A DNA stretch of 64,000 nt from positions 735,234-799,233 of the forward strand of contig JBAZBD010000001.1 of the NCBI GenBank assembly GCA_041671645.1, given 5' to 3'. Each line of letters opens with the position of its first letter. The stretch's first letter is position 1. Position numbers and translations under genes: made by a program. Source of the stretch: Patescibacteria group bacterium. GTDB lineage: Bacteria > Patescibacteriota > UBA1384 > XYA2-FULL-43-10 > 1-14-0-10-43-13. A model generated the notes under the pieces. That model worked only from the letters and a program-made list of their open reading frames with translations, ran no database searches and had not been told where the DNA came from. This document shows, piece after piece, positions 18,474 to 27,054 of the stretch.

Positions 18474-19712
18474 ATGCAAACGCAAAAAAGGCGCCAATCC
18501 GCCTCTTATTACTTTATGCCTGCAAAAGCACAGGGCAACAGATTCTCTCACGGTTCGAGAGGAAATTTTCGTGGTTCTCAGGGACCTCGCAAGCGTAGCT
18601 TTAGCGAGTCAATCGACGTATCGAAATTCGTTAAAAAAGCCTCTCCAAAAGTTGAGACTGTTTACGAATCAGAACGTACTTTCGCTGACTTCGGCTTCTG
18701 CCCAGAAGTTTACAAGAATTTGGCTTACAAGAAATACACCAAGCCAACTCCGATTCAGGATCAAGCTATCCCATATGTCAAAGAGGGACGAGACATTATC
18801 GGCTTGGCCAATACAGGAACAGGCAAAACTGCTGCTTTCCTCTTGCCTTTGATCGAAAAAGTTTATAAGGACAGAGATCAGAAGGTAATTGTGATCGCTC
18901 CTACTCGCGAGCTCGCTCTACAGATCGAAGTTGAACTTCGTGACTTTTCATGGAATATGAAAATCTTCTCCGCTACCTGTGTTGGTGGTATGCCAATCTT
19001 CAAGCAAATTCAAAATCTGCGCCGCAATCCTGCCTTCGTAATCGGTACTCCTGGTAGATTGAAAGATCTAGCTGAGAAGGGATATATCGATTTCACCAAA
19101 TTCAACAATGTTGTTTTGGACGAGGTTGACCGAATGCTGGACATGGGTTTTGTTGATGAAATCAGAGAAATTTTGAACAAAATCCCAGCCGAAAGACAGA
19201 CTCTCTTCTTCTCAGCTACTATGCCTCCAAAAATCAAAGAATTGACAAGCAAATTCCTGACTGATCCGATCACGGTCGAGGTCAAATCAGGCGAAACTGC
19301 CGACAACGTCGAGCAGGATATCATCCGCGTCAGAAGCAAAGATTCCAAATTTGTTCAGCTGACAGACCTTCTCAAGACTCCAGATTTCAAAAAAGTCTTG
19401 ATCTTCGCTGAGACCAAATCTGAAGTTGATAAATTGGCTACCAATTTGAAACATGAAGGTTTCAGAGCCGATTGTATCCATGGCGACAAGAGACAGCGCG
19501 AACGCGCACGATCCCTGACCCAGTTCAAGACCAACGATGTCAAAATCTTGGTTGCGACCGACGTCGCCGCTCGTGGACTTGATATCAAGGATATCACTCA
19601 CGTCATCAATTACACTGTTCCTCAGACCTACACTGACTATATTCACCGAATCGGCCGTACCGGCCGCGGTAACAGTATGGGTATGGCACTCACTTTCGTA
19701 CCTGGCTACTAA
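18474..19712 (+). CDS. DEAD-box ATP-dependent RNA helicase (DEVD variant) with Arg-rich N-terminus
   Basis: Q-motif TPIQ; motif I ANTGTGKT; motif II DEVD; motif III SAT; motif VI HRIGRTGR. RBS AGGAAA before ATG at 18474. Confidence 0.85.
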   Translation: MQTQKRRQSASYYFMPAKAQGNRFSHGSRGNFRGSQGPRKRSFSESIDVSKFVKKASPKVETVYESERTFADFGFCPEVYKNLAYKKYTKPTPIQDQAIPYVKEGRDIIGLANTGTGKTAAFLLPLIEKVYKDRDQKVIVIAPTRELALQIEVELRDFSWNMKIFSATCVGGMPIFKQIQNLRRNPAFVIGTPGRLKDLAEKGYIDFTKFNNVVLDEVDRMLDMGFVDEIREILNKIPAERQTLFFSATMPPKIKELTSKFLTDPITVEVKSGETADNVEQDIIRVRSKDSKFVQLTDLLKTPDFKKVLIFAETKSEVDKLATNLKHEGFRADCIHGDKRQRERARSLTQFKTNDVKILVATDVAARGLDIKDITHVINYTVPQTYTDYIHRIGRTGRGNSMGMALTFVPGY

Positions 19713-19720
19713 GAGACATG

Positions 19721-19752
19721 AAAAACGTCCCGATTTATATCGGGGCGTTTTT
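19721..19752 (+). terminator. Rho-independent terminator
   Basis: AAACGTCCCGAT...ATCGGGGCGTTT hairpin plus a T-run. Confidence 0.6.
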
Positions 19753-19773
19753 TGGTATACAGGCCTTTCATAA

Positions 19774-20355
19774 ATGCACAAAATCAATTATGATCTGAGT
19801 ATGATTTTTTATATAATTTTATTGGTCTTACTTTCCTTAGTCCTATTCCTGACCATGTTTTGGCAAATTTCTCTACTTTGGGCCGCAATCACAGGCGTGC
19901 CAATTGTCTATTCCTGGAAAGGAGCAGTTCTGGACTCCCTCAAATTGGCTGGTTTGAAATCTGGCGAGACGATTATCGACCTGGGCTCTGGTGACTGCCA
20001 AACATTGATCTTGGCGGCCAAGAAATTCGGTGCAAAGGGTATCGGCGTTGACCGTTCAATCTGGTGTTACCTCAAAGCTAAGTTGAATGTCTGGATGGCT
20101 GGGGAGTCAAAGAATATCCGCATTATCAGAGGCGATTTCAAAGATGTGGAAAAGGAGCTCAAAGCCGCCGACGTGGTATATGTTTATCTTCTAGATCAAG
20201 TCTTGGCACAAATTGAGAAGTGGCTCTTTGACTCAATCGGAGAGAAGACTCGCGTCGTCTCGCTTTCTTTCCTGTTCAAAGTCAGAAAACCTGTCGCCGA
20301 AGCAAACACTCGCAATCTCTATCAGGATACAAAAGCTCGACTTTATAGAAAATAA
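19774..20355 (+). CDS. Class I SAM-dependent methyltransferase with N-terminal TM helix
   Basis: Motif I IIDLGSGDCQ; acidic motif II DVVYVYL. Confidence 0.65.
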   Translation: MHKINYDLSMIFYIILLVLLSLVLFLTMFWQISLLWAAITGVPIVYSWKGAVLDSLKLAGLKSGETIIDLGSGDCQTLILAAKKFGAKGIGVDRSIWCYLKAKLNVWMAGESKNIRIIRGDFKDVEKELKAADVVYVYLLDQVLAQIEKWLFDSIGEKTRVVSLSFLFKVRKPVAEANTRNLYQDTKARLYRK

Positions 20356-20367
20356 CAAGAGGATCTT

Positions 20368-21087
20368 ATGGCCCTAATCGTAAGTCTCGCTACAATTATC
20401 AGCACTTTTCTGGGCGGTCTTTTCGCGATTAGATTCAAAGACAAATTGCATTTGATCCTCGGTTTTTCGGCCGGCTCCGTGATTGGTGTCGCCTTTTTTG
20501 ACCTGCTTCCGGAATCACTGGCTCTGGCCAGCGGCACATATAGCATTAACACCACCATGCTCCTGATTGCCTTCGGATTTGTATTTTATATGCTCCTAGA
20601 CAGAGCCTTTTCACTTCATGGCCATAGCCACGGTGAGCACTGCGAGAATCCAGATCATAGCGGAAAATTGGGTGCCTCAGCTTTGATCTTCCATAGCTTC
20701 CTGGACGGTCTTGTCATTGGCCTCGCTTTCAAAGTCTCCCCTGCAGTCGGCTGGATTGTAGCGGCCGCTGTCCTGGCCCATAGCTTCTCTGACGGAATCA
20801 ACACGGTCAGTATGATTTTGAAGGAGAAGGGCAGCAAGAAACAAGCACTCAAATGGCTGATTTTGGACGCTTTGGCTCCTGCTCTCGGTGTGTTAACCGC
20901 CCTTCTACTCAACGTGAGCGAAACCACACTTGGACTGATCCTGGCCGTATTCACAGGCTTCTTCTTCTACATCGGCGCCAGCGATCTGATCCCAGAAAGT
21001 CATCACCATCATCCCACATTTTGGACCACTTTCATGACCATACTCGGTATGGCCGTACTATACTTTGCAATCCGCCTCGCGCTCTGA
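20368..21087 (+). CDS. ZIP family metal (zinc) transporter
   Basis: Paired HSFLDGL and AHSFSDGI motifs in TM helices; His-rich loop HGHSHGEH; 239 aa with ~8 TM. Confidence 0.75.
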   Translation: MALIVSLATIISTFLGGLFAIRFKDKLHLILGFSAGSVIGVAFFDLLPESLALASGTYSINTTMLLIAFGFVFYMLLDRAFSLHGHSHGEHCENPDHSGKLGASALIFHSFLDGLVIGLAFKVSPAVGWIVAAAVLAHSFSDGINTVSMILKEKGSKKQALKWLILDALAPALGVLTALLLNVSETTLGLILAVFTGFFFYIGASDLIPESHHHHPTFWTTFMTILGMAVLYFAIRLAL

Positions 21088-21139
21088 CAATAAAAAACCG
21101 CATCGAATAGCTCAATGCGGTCGGTTTTGACTGTATAAT

Positions 21140-21937
21140 TTACAGTTTATTTTGGTGTCCGATCAGGGTGCCGACTTCTTCTCCTCGGGCAAACCGAAGA
21201 ATTGTGTTGTCGTCTGGCCCGGCGATGACAGTGAGGAACCCTTCGTTGGCTGCATTCACAGCTTGGAGAATCTTCTTGTTCATGCCGCCTTTGCCAGTAG
21301 TCTGACAATCTGCCAAGAGATTAAATGGGATGTCGTCACGGTCAATCTCGAGGTATTGGATCGCGTAAGGATCAGTCACTGGATTGCCAGTAAATACAGC
21401 ACCAGATTTTGTGATCAAGATCAGAGCCGAGGGCCTGATGATACGGCCAAGGAGCACTGCCAAATGATCGTTTTCGCTAACGCCAAGATTCATCGCCTTG
21501 ATCTCCTCGTCGGAGACGATATCGTTCTCGTTGATGATCGGCACGATGTTTCGAGCGAAACACTCCTCGATGTTGGTCAGAATCGTGCCATCTTCGGCTG
21601 TCAAATTGGCATAAGTGAGCCAAAATGGTGCGATCTCGTGGCCAAAGTTGGAAAACGCCGATCCCCAGAAATTGAGCAGATGCCTAGTCCCAATGCCAGA
21701 CAAAATCTTCTCTGGAATCGGAGCGGCATCTTGACCGATATCGGTCATGCGCTCTTTGCCTGCCTGAATCGCTCCCGAAGAAACGATAGCGACCTTGATG
21801 CCCTGAAGCATCAGAACAGCGACTTGTCGAGCGATATTAGCAAAAATTTCTGCTGATAATCGGCTCATTTCTCCCATCAAACTTTCGCGCCCAAATTTGA
21901 GCAACAGTATTTCTCCAGACTGCATTACTCGTCTCAT
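21140..21937 (-). CDS. proB: Glutamate 5-kinase (ProB, lacking the PUA domain)
   Basis: Block alignment to E. coli ProB: KFGRESL, VAIVSSGAIQAGKE, NIVPIINENDIVSDEEIK, LILITKSGAVFTGNP, TGKGGMNKKILQA. Start at MRRVMQ with RBS GAGGGGG. Confidence 0.75.
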   Translation of the reverse strand: MRRVMQSGEILLLKFGRESLMGEMSRLSAEIFANIARQVAVLMLQGIKVAIVSSGAIQAGKERMTDIGQDAAPIPEKILSGIGTRHLLNFWGSAFSNFGHEIAPFWLTYANLTAEDGTILTNIEECFARNIVPIINENDIVSDEEIKAMNLGVSENDHLAVLLGRIIRPSALILITKSGAVFTGNPVTDPYAIQYLEIDRDDIPFNLLADCQTTGKGGMNKKILQAVNAANEGFLTVIAGPDDNTILRFARGEEVGTLIGHQNKL

Positions 21938-21947
21938 TGTGTGCCCC

Positions 21948-21995
21948 CTCAACAGAAAAATGGTCTTGCCAAGCAAGACCATCCAATTTACCACG
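21948..21995 (-). promoter_or_regulatory. Leader hairpin (10-bp perfect stem ATGGTCTTGC/GCAAGACCAT) plus U-tract immediately upstream of the proB RBS; copy 1 of a repeated 47-nt element
   Basis: Near-identical 47-nt sequence at 23119..23166 upstream of the neighbouring gene. Confidence 0.5.
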
Positions 21996-22030
21996 AAATA
22001 CACTTTTTGGCAATAAAACGCCCCGCTTAA

Positions 22031-23107
22031 TTAAGCAGGGCAGGTAGCCTCCAAATTGACATATTGCGACATTTGTCGCATCCAGGGTGGCAGCTCACCA
22101 ATCAAACAGTGAATGCCAGCCTGGTTTAGGACTGGGTAATAACGGATCGGTGCCGATGTAGTCCAAATCTGGTCTTCACCAATAATTCCAGCGACGATCT
22201 CGGCTACCTCGTCCTCTCCGCTTGTCATCAATACTCGGCCTGATGATGGAGATTGATAAAAACAAAGAGATGCAGGGATATTGAGTGGCGAGGTAGGAAC
22301 GTGAATCTGTATCTCATTCTCGCCGCAAATTCTCCGATAAATTTCCAGGGTTTCTTTGTTCGTCATGAAACCAGAAATATTACGTATCCAGGCCTGTATC
22401 TTCGGATCGATTATAAGATGTGAACCGCCTGACCTGTCAGTAATCAGACCCATAAATAGATCGAGGTGATTGCCGAAATTGGCTGCCTTCGAGCGGACCT
22501 GTAGCGTTACTGGGGTGGGTAGAGCCACTGGTCTGATCCCAGAAACTCTGATGGAGCGACAGTCAGGTCTGACTATTTGATAAAATCCGTCTTTTTGCTT
22601 CGGATTTCTCTCCTCTGCGACGTTCTCCGGATAAATAGCCTTACCGCCCCCGATCGATGTCCGGCCTCCTTCGCCAAGATGGCTGACCATCACTTTGATC
22701 TTCTCGGTAGCCAATTTGTCGAAATTGTAAGGTTTGTTGTAACACACGAGTGTGTTACCGTCAGGCAGACAGACTGCCAAATCCCGCGGATACAAGAGCT
22801 TCACTTGGTTTATCTCGGGGAAATCAACGAATTCAAATCCGGCCTGTTCAAACCGACCGAGCATATCAGCCCAGTCCGGTTTGACATAAGCACGGATGAT
22901 ACTGAAATCTTCCCCCATCCGCATCAATGTCGCCGCAATCGTGCAGTATTCGAAATAGATAATCTCTCGTGCGCGTTCGATGTCTCCATCGATCTGCTCC
23001 AAAATCTTAAGACTGATTCCGAATTGTCCCCCAGGGTATTCGTAGTTTGTCCGAATCCGAGCGCCAAAGCTTGGCAAGCCAAGATATATGTCTGGTATGT
23101 ACTTCAT
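22031..23107 (-). CDS. Amidinotransferase/arginine-deiminase superfamily-like enzyme (tentative)
   Basis: 358 aa from MKYIPD (RBS GAGGAGG). C-terminal AGIHCLIG resembles the G-G-x-H-C catalytic-Cys motif of that superfamily. Upstream of proB and shares the leader element. Confidence 0.4.
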   Translation of the reverse strand: MKYIPDIYLGLPSFGARIRTNYEYPGGQFGISLKILEQIDGDIERAREIIYFEYCTIAATLMRMGEDFSIIRAYVKPDWADMLGRFEQAGFEFVDFPEINQVKLLYPRDLAVCLPDGNTLVCYNKPYNFDKLATEKIKVMVSHLGEGGRTSIGGGKAIYPENVAEERNPKQKDGFYQIVRPDCRSIRVSGIRPVALPTPVTLQVRSKAANFGNHLDLFMGLITDRSGGSHLIIDPKIQAWIRNISGFMTNKETLEIYRRICGENEIQIHVPTSPLNIPASLCFYQSPSSGRVLMTSGEDEVAEIVAGIIGEDQIWTTSAPIRYYPVLNQAGIHCLIGELPPWMRQMSQYVNLEATCPA

Positions 23108-23118
23108 TGCGTTTGCCT

Positions 23119-23166
23119 CCTCAACAGAAAAATGGTCTAGCAGTGCAAGACCATCCAATTTACCAG
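23119..23166 (-). promoter_or_regulatory. Copy 2 of the 47-nt hairpin/U-tract leader element (stem ATGGTCTAGC/GCAAGACCAT, one mismatch), between tRNA-Arg and the 22031..23107 gene
   Basis: 45 of 47 nt identical to 21948..21995. Also positioned as a terminator for the upstream tRNA-Arg(CCG). Confidence 0.5.
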
Positions 23167-23195
23167 TAATCTGAGCTGAAGTCAATCAATATCGT

Positions 23196-23271
23196 TGGTA
23201 CCCGCGAAGGGAATTGAACCCCCGACCTCTCGGACCGGAACCGAGCGCTCTATCCACTGAGCTACGCGGGC
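23196..23271 (-). tRNA. tRNA-Arg (anticodon CCG)
   Basis: Cloverleaf from the minus strand: GCCCGCG/CGCGGGT acceptor, D-arm GCTCAGTGGATAGAGC, anticodon loop TTCCGGT, T-arm GGGGGTTCAATTCCCTT, encoded CCA. Confidence 0.85.
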
Positions 23272-23282
23272 AAATTATAATG

Positions 23283-23332
23283 ATCCACTGTCAGCCAGAG
23301 GCTGATCGGCCTTTGGCCGAAGCTACGCGGGC
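23283..23332 (-). pseudogene. Partial tRNA-Arg 5' copy (positions 1-12 and 13-20) split by a 30-nt double-hairpin insert, 11 nt upstream of the intact tRNA-Arg(CCG)
   Basis: Minus strand reads GCCCGCGTAGCT[TCGGCCAAAGGCCGATCAGCCTCTGGCTGA]CAGTGGAT. The flanks are identical to tRNA positions 1-20. Confidence 0.5.
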
Positions 23333-23393
23333 ATACCAAAACAAGACACCATCCATTTATACTTTAGAACTTGATAACTTTCAACTAATAGCG

Positions 23394-23846
23394 CTATTCT
23401 TCAGCAGCACGGTAGTCTTTGCGGAAGATTAGCTGCATGAACTCGATAATAATTCCGATTGCAGTACCAAGAGAAGAGGCGCCTAGAACTATTTTGGCCA
23501 GTCTGTCCCAATTGAAGCTCGAGTACATAGAAAAATCGAAAGGAAATACGAAAAAGAGAGACAGGAGGGCCAGGAAACCAAAAGTGTTCATGATCAGGCG
23601 CACGAAGCCATGGAACCATTTGGGATCGTGCAGGATCAGGAGTAGATAGCCAACGATCGCGGCAAGATACGACAGAGTCAGCATCCATTGGACTGAATTA
23701 AAATCTGAGGTCAGAAAAGGCACATGCCAGGCGAGCAAATTGCTCACGACCCAAATCATTATGGTGTTGGCTACAATAAGACTAGCATAGCCAGCCTTGC
23801 GAGCATGATTATATTTCGAACTATCTTTGGCAGTTTTCTTGGCCAT
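23394..23846 (-). CDS. Hypothetical membrane protein (4 TM)
   Basis: RBS AGGAGGG; 150 aa; hydrophobic helices. Confidence 0.6.
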   Translation of the reverse strand: MAKKTAKDSSKYNHARKAGYASLIVANTIMIWVVSNLLAWHVPFLTSDFNSVQWMLTLSYLAAIVGYLLLILHDPKWFHGFVRLIMNTFGFLALLSLFFVFPFDFSMYSSFNWDRLAKIVLGASSLGTAIGIIIEFMQLIFRKDYRAAEE

Positions 23847-23990
23847 TCCCCTCCTTGTGTTATTGATAATATTTTAACCCAAAACGGAATAAATAAAAAG
23901 TTGCTGTTGACAGAAAACTACTTCGAGTCTAGATTATACCTATTGCCAATTATTCAATTGTGCATATTTATTTGTAAGAAGGATAATTAT

Positions 23991-24650
23991 ATGAGAGATA
24001 AGATTATTTTCGTGTTGATAGGGGCTGTTTTGATCTCGGGGCTTAGCTATGCGTTGATTAAAGGTCGGGTGAAATTGCCTACATCAAGTGTCGCATCCGA
24101 AAAAGCGGAAATATTGAAAGTAAAAGCAGACGATCATGTTCGCGGTAGTTTGGACGCGCCAATCACCATTGTCGAATATTCTGACTTCCAGTGCCCATAT
24201 TGTGTCAAATACGCCTTTACTCTCCAGGAAATCATGGTCGCTTATCCAGGCAAGATCAAATGGGTATTTCGTCACTATCCTCTGCCGTTTCACCAAGCAG
24301 CCAAGGGCGCTGGTATTTCGGCTGAAGCGGCCGGAAATCAGGGGAAATTCTGGGAGTACGCCGACATATTGTTTGAGAAATCACAGGCCGATGGCACGGG
24401 GCTGGCAAACGATGATTTCGTCCAATACGCACTACAACTCGGGATGGACGTAAATCAATTTAGTAGTGACGCCGCTGACCCGAAATATGAGCAAAAGATC
24501 AACAGCAACACTGCTGACGGAGATAAGCTCAAAATTACCGGCACTCCGGCCAGCTTCATGATCGACAGCAAGGGCAATATTCAGGATTTGACGGGCAATG
24601 TTCCCTACGATCAATTGAAACTAAAGATTGACGCGATACTAAATAAATAG
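23991..24650 (+). CDS. DsbA-like thiol:disulfide oxidoreductase (thioredoxin fold, CPYC)
   Basis: YSDFQCPYC active site with an N-terminal TM anchor. Paralog of 43172..43903, which has the same motif. Start at MRDKII (the ORF track's longer start lacks an RBS). Confidence 0.7.
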   Translation: MRDKIIFVLIGAVLISGLSYALIKGRVKLPTSSVASEKAEILKVKADDHVRGSLDAPITIVEYSDFQCPYCVKYAFTLQEIMVAYPGKIKWVFRHYPLPFHQAAKGAGISAEAAGNQGKFWEYADILFEKSQADGTGLANDDFVQYALQLGMDVNQFSSDAADPKYEQKINSNTADGDKLKITGTPASFMIDSKGNIQDLTGNVPYDQLKLKIDAILNK

Positions 24651-24661
24651 ATCGAATACGA

Positions 24662-24691
24662 AAAACAGCCAGTCATCTGGCTGTTTTTTTG
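24662..24691 (+). terminator. Rho-independent terminator
   Basis: CAGCCAGTCATCTGGCTG hairpin plus T7. Confidence 0.6.
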
Positions 24692-24769
24692 ATAAAAGTT
24701 ATGGACATAGCAAACATATTTTGCTAAGGTCAAGCCAGCCGAAAGGCAAATCTGTTTGAAAAGGAGGAA

Positions 24770-25198
24770 ATGATGAAATATTTCCTTTTACAAGGTGTCT
24801 TCTTCCAAGACGTGGCACGGCTTGGTGTCTCTCTGCGTTCCGGAGAAGCGAAAGCTGTTGTCAAAACCCAACAAGAGTATACGCTTTTCTCTGGCATCAT
24901 CCAGATTAATGACGATGCCGAAGAGACAACAGGCGAGCCTTGTGGCGCGATAATGGATGTGTACGGAGTAGCAGACATATCGCATCTCACTTTGACAGCG
25001 TCGACGTTCGTCTTCGGTAAACAGTATCGCGGTCGCCTCGACATGATTCGATACCACTTCAGTAAGGTGGGCAACGAATGGATCGGCTCATACAAGGGTG
25101 ACAGAGTCGGCACTGGTACTGCTCGATGTCATCTCACAGAAGTGAAGGAGGAATTCTTCACGCCACCACTCATTCCAAACCCAAGGCTAACAAAATGA
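24770..25198 (+). CDS. Hypothetical protein
   Basis: Strong RBS AAAGGAGG; 142 aa. Confidence 0.5.
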   Translation: MMKYFLLQGVFFQDVARLGVSLRSGEAKAVVKTQQEYTLFSGIIQINDDAEETTGEPCGAIMDVYGVADISHLTLTASTFVFGKQYRGRLDMIRYHFSKVGNEWIGSYKGDRVGTGTARCHLTEVKEEFFTPPLIPNPRLTK

Positions 25199-25202
25199 TT
25201 GT

Positions 25203-25790
25203 TCAGCCTTTTTTATTTGCAAACATTTTCCCGTGGCCAGGGATGATGAAATCGGCGAGATCTAATATTTTCTGACGATTCTTTTTGAGTAATTCTATAT
25301 CTTTGGCGTAGGGGTCAGGATGATTGGCCAGACTTTCACGGTCAATTTTCTGCCCCTCCCCATCTACCCACCAAAATAAGTCTCCGGCTACGGCGTAAGT
25401 TTTTCCTTCGACCTTGACAATAAATGAACGAGAATCTCCGCTGTGGCCAGGAGTTTTGATAATTTCTAGATCCAGCCCCAGGACTTGACCATCATAATAG
25501 GTCTGGCGATCGTTGTCATATAATTCTGTGGGCGTAACGATTTTGGCGTTTTCGAAAATCCCCGAAAGTAGTATGTGATCAGTATGATTGTGAGTTTGCA
25601 GGACAAAATCTATGTCCCCTGTTTTCAGATTATTTTCCGCCAAAGAGCTAATTAGTCTAGCACGATTGCAACCGGGATCAACTACAATATTTTTGTTGTC
25701 TAATTTAATCAAGGTAGTTGTAGAACTGGCGATCCAGCCACCTTCAATTTCATGGTCATAACCGTCAATTAATACTTTCACTTCTGTCAT
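25203..25790 (-). CDS. MBL-fold metallo-hydrolase
   Basis: HxHxDH motif (LQTHNHTDHI) and downstream His/Asp ligands; 195 aa. Confidence 0.75.
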   Translation of the reverse strand: MTEVKVLIDGYDHEIEGGWIASSTTTLIKLDNKNIVVDPGCNRARLISSLAENNLKTGDIDFVLQTHNHTDHILLSGIFENAKIVTPTELYDNDRQTYYDGQVLGLDLEIIKTPGHSGDSRSFIVKVEGKTYAVAGDLFWWVDGEGQKIDRESLANHPDPYAKDIELLKKNRQKILDLADFIIPGHGKMFANKKG

Positions 25791-25872
25791 ATCATTCCTT
25801 CTTTATTTGCTTTGGGAGCGGGTTTGTAGTATAAAAATACTAACAATATATCTTGTACATTGGGGGAAAATC

Positions 25873-26061
25873 ATGAAACAGTGCATATGTTGCAAGTGCT
25901 ACTTGGATGCCAAAGACAAGTTTTGTTATTCATGCAAAACGAGGCAACCGCAAGCAGACAATTTCCCTATGAGCGGCCATCATGCCACAAGTAGACCCGT
26001 TGACCCAAATCGTGGGACTCAAGCGAAACGTTCCAAGTTTAAGCAAAGAATTATCTGGTGA
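25873..26061 (+). CDS. Small double zinc-ribbon protein
   Basis: MKQCICCKCYLDAKDKFCYSCK; internal ATG with RBS GGGGGAAA. Confidence 0.35.
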   Translation: MKQCICCKCYLDAKDKFCYSCKTRQPQADNFPMSGHHATSRPVDPNRGTQAKRSKFKQRIIW

Positions 26062-26080
26062 TCACAATGGTGGTCACTTT

Positions 26081-26551
26081 TTATTTCTTGGCGTCTTTGG
26101 CTTTTTCGAACTTGAACCAGCCTAGCGCGAGAGCAAAAAGCATACCGACCGTCACGATGATAAAGCGGAATTTGACATCCTCGGTCATCATACCTCGGAT
26201 AATACCATAGATCAAAGTGAAGAGACTGCCCAACAAGATTCCGTTGGAAAAGACAATTATTTTATCGACTATTAGTAGACTGATGATCATGAGCAGTATA
26301 CTGGCCGACAGCGCGACGATAGAAACATTTCTGCTGTGCTTGGCCGCTCTCTCATTGTAGGCCTTTTGGATCTGGTCGAACTCCTTTTGAGCTTCGATTG
26401 TCGCTGGCGCAGTTCCCGTCTTGTCCACCGAATACTGCAGAGCCGCAGGCGTTTCGGGCGCTTTCTCCCCTGGATAGAAAACTTCGATTCCTAGACCGAT
26501 AAATAGAGCAACGATCGCCCCCAACAGGATTGAATACAAAACCTTAATCAT
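26081..26551 (-). CDS. Hypothetical membrane protein (tandem paralog A)
   Basis: 156 aa; same TM/soluble-domain architecture and N-terminus (M-x-K-x-LYSI-LGA) as the adjacent 26569..27030 gene. Confidence 0.55.
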   Translation of the reverse strand: MIKVLYSILLGAIVALFIGLGIEVFYPGEKAPETPAALQYSVDKTGTAPATIEAQKEFDQIQKAYNERAAKHSRNVSIVALSASILLMIISLLIVDKIIVFSNGILLGSLFTLIYGIIRGMMTEDVKFRFIIVTVGMLFALALGWFKFEKAKDAKK

Positions 26552-26568
26552 ATTTCTCCTTTGTTATA

Positions 26569-27030
26569 TTATTTGGTCTCTAATTTCACAAATTTGATTA
26601 GGCCGATGATCTTAACGATTACCAAGCTTATAAGCGCAGCAAAGAAATTGAATTTTGAGGCAATTATGTAGGGGCTTGGAATGAATGTAAGATAGAGAAG
26701 AAAAACGCTTCCCACAGCCGCACCATTGTACAGTGGGGCAAATTTCGGAGAAGTGAAGAATATGCCGACCGCAATCAGAATCAAGCTGGCGAATAGTGCT
26801 AGGGCTAGGGAGACTTGAGCGTGGGTGTCGGAGGACTTGTTGTAATCAACGACCTTGATATCATATTCTGTCTGAGCCGATTGCTGAGCTGCTGTCAGAT
26901 CCTCCGATACGGCTTGGAGTTCTGTAGGATACTCTGGATAACTCGCGGCTGGATAGAACGTTTGAATCGCAAAATTAATAGTGATCGCGAGCAACGCCCC
27001 CAAAAAGATCGAGTAGAGTGCCTTGACCAT
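26569..27030 (-). CDS. Hypothetical membrane protein (tandem paralog B)
   Basis: 153 aa; paralogous to 26081..26551. Confidence 0.55.
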   Translation of the reverse strand: MVKALYSIFLGALLAITINFAIQTFYPAASYPEYPTELQAVSEDLTAAQQSAQTEYDIKVVDYNKSSDTHAQVSLALALFASLILIAVGIFFTSPKFAPLYNGAAVGSVFLLYLTFIPSPYIIASKFNFFAALISLVIVKIIGLIKFVKLETK

Positions 27031-27054
27031 AGAAACTCCTTCTTTATTATTCTC

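Noticed and set aside
23214-23432. 72 aa + strand ORF spanning the tRNA-Arg(CCG) gene and the split tRNA fragment
   Set aside because: The sequence is accounted for by the tRNA and pseudo-tRNA on the minus strand; no RBS.
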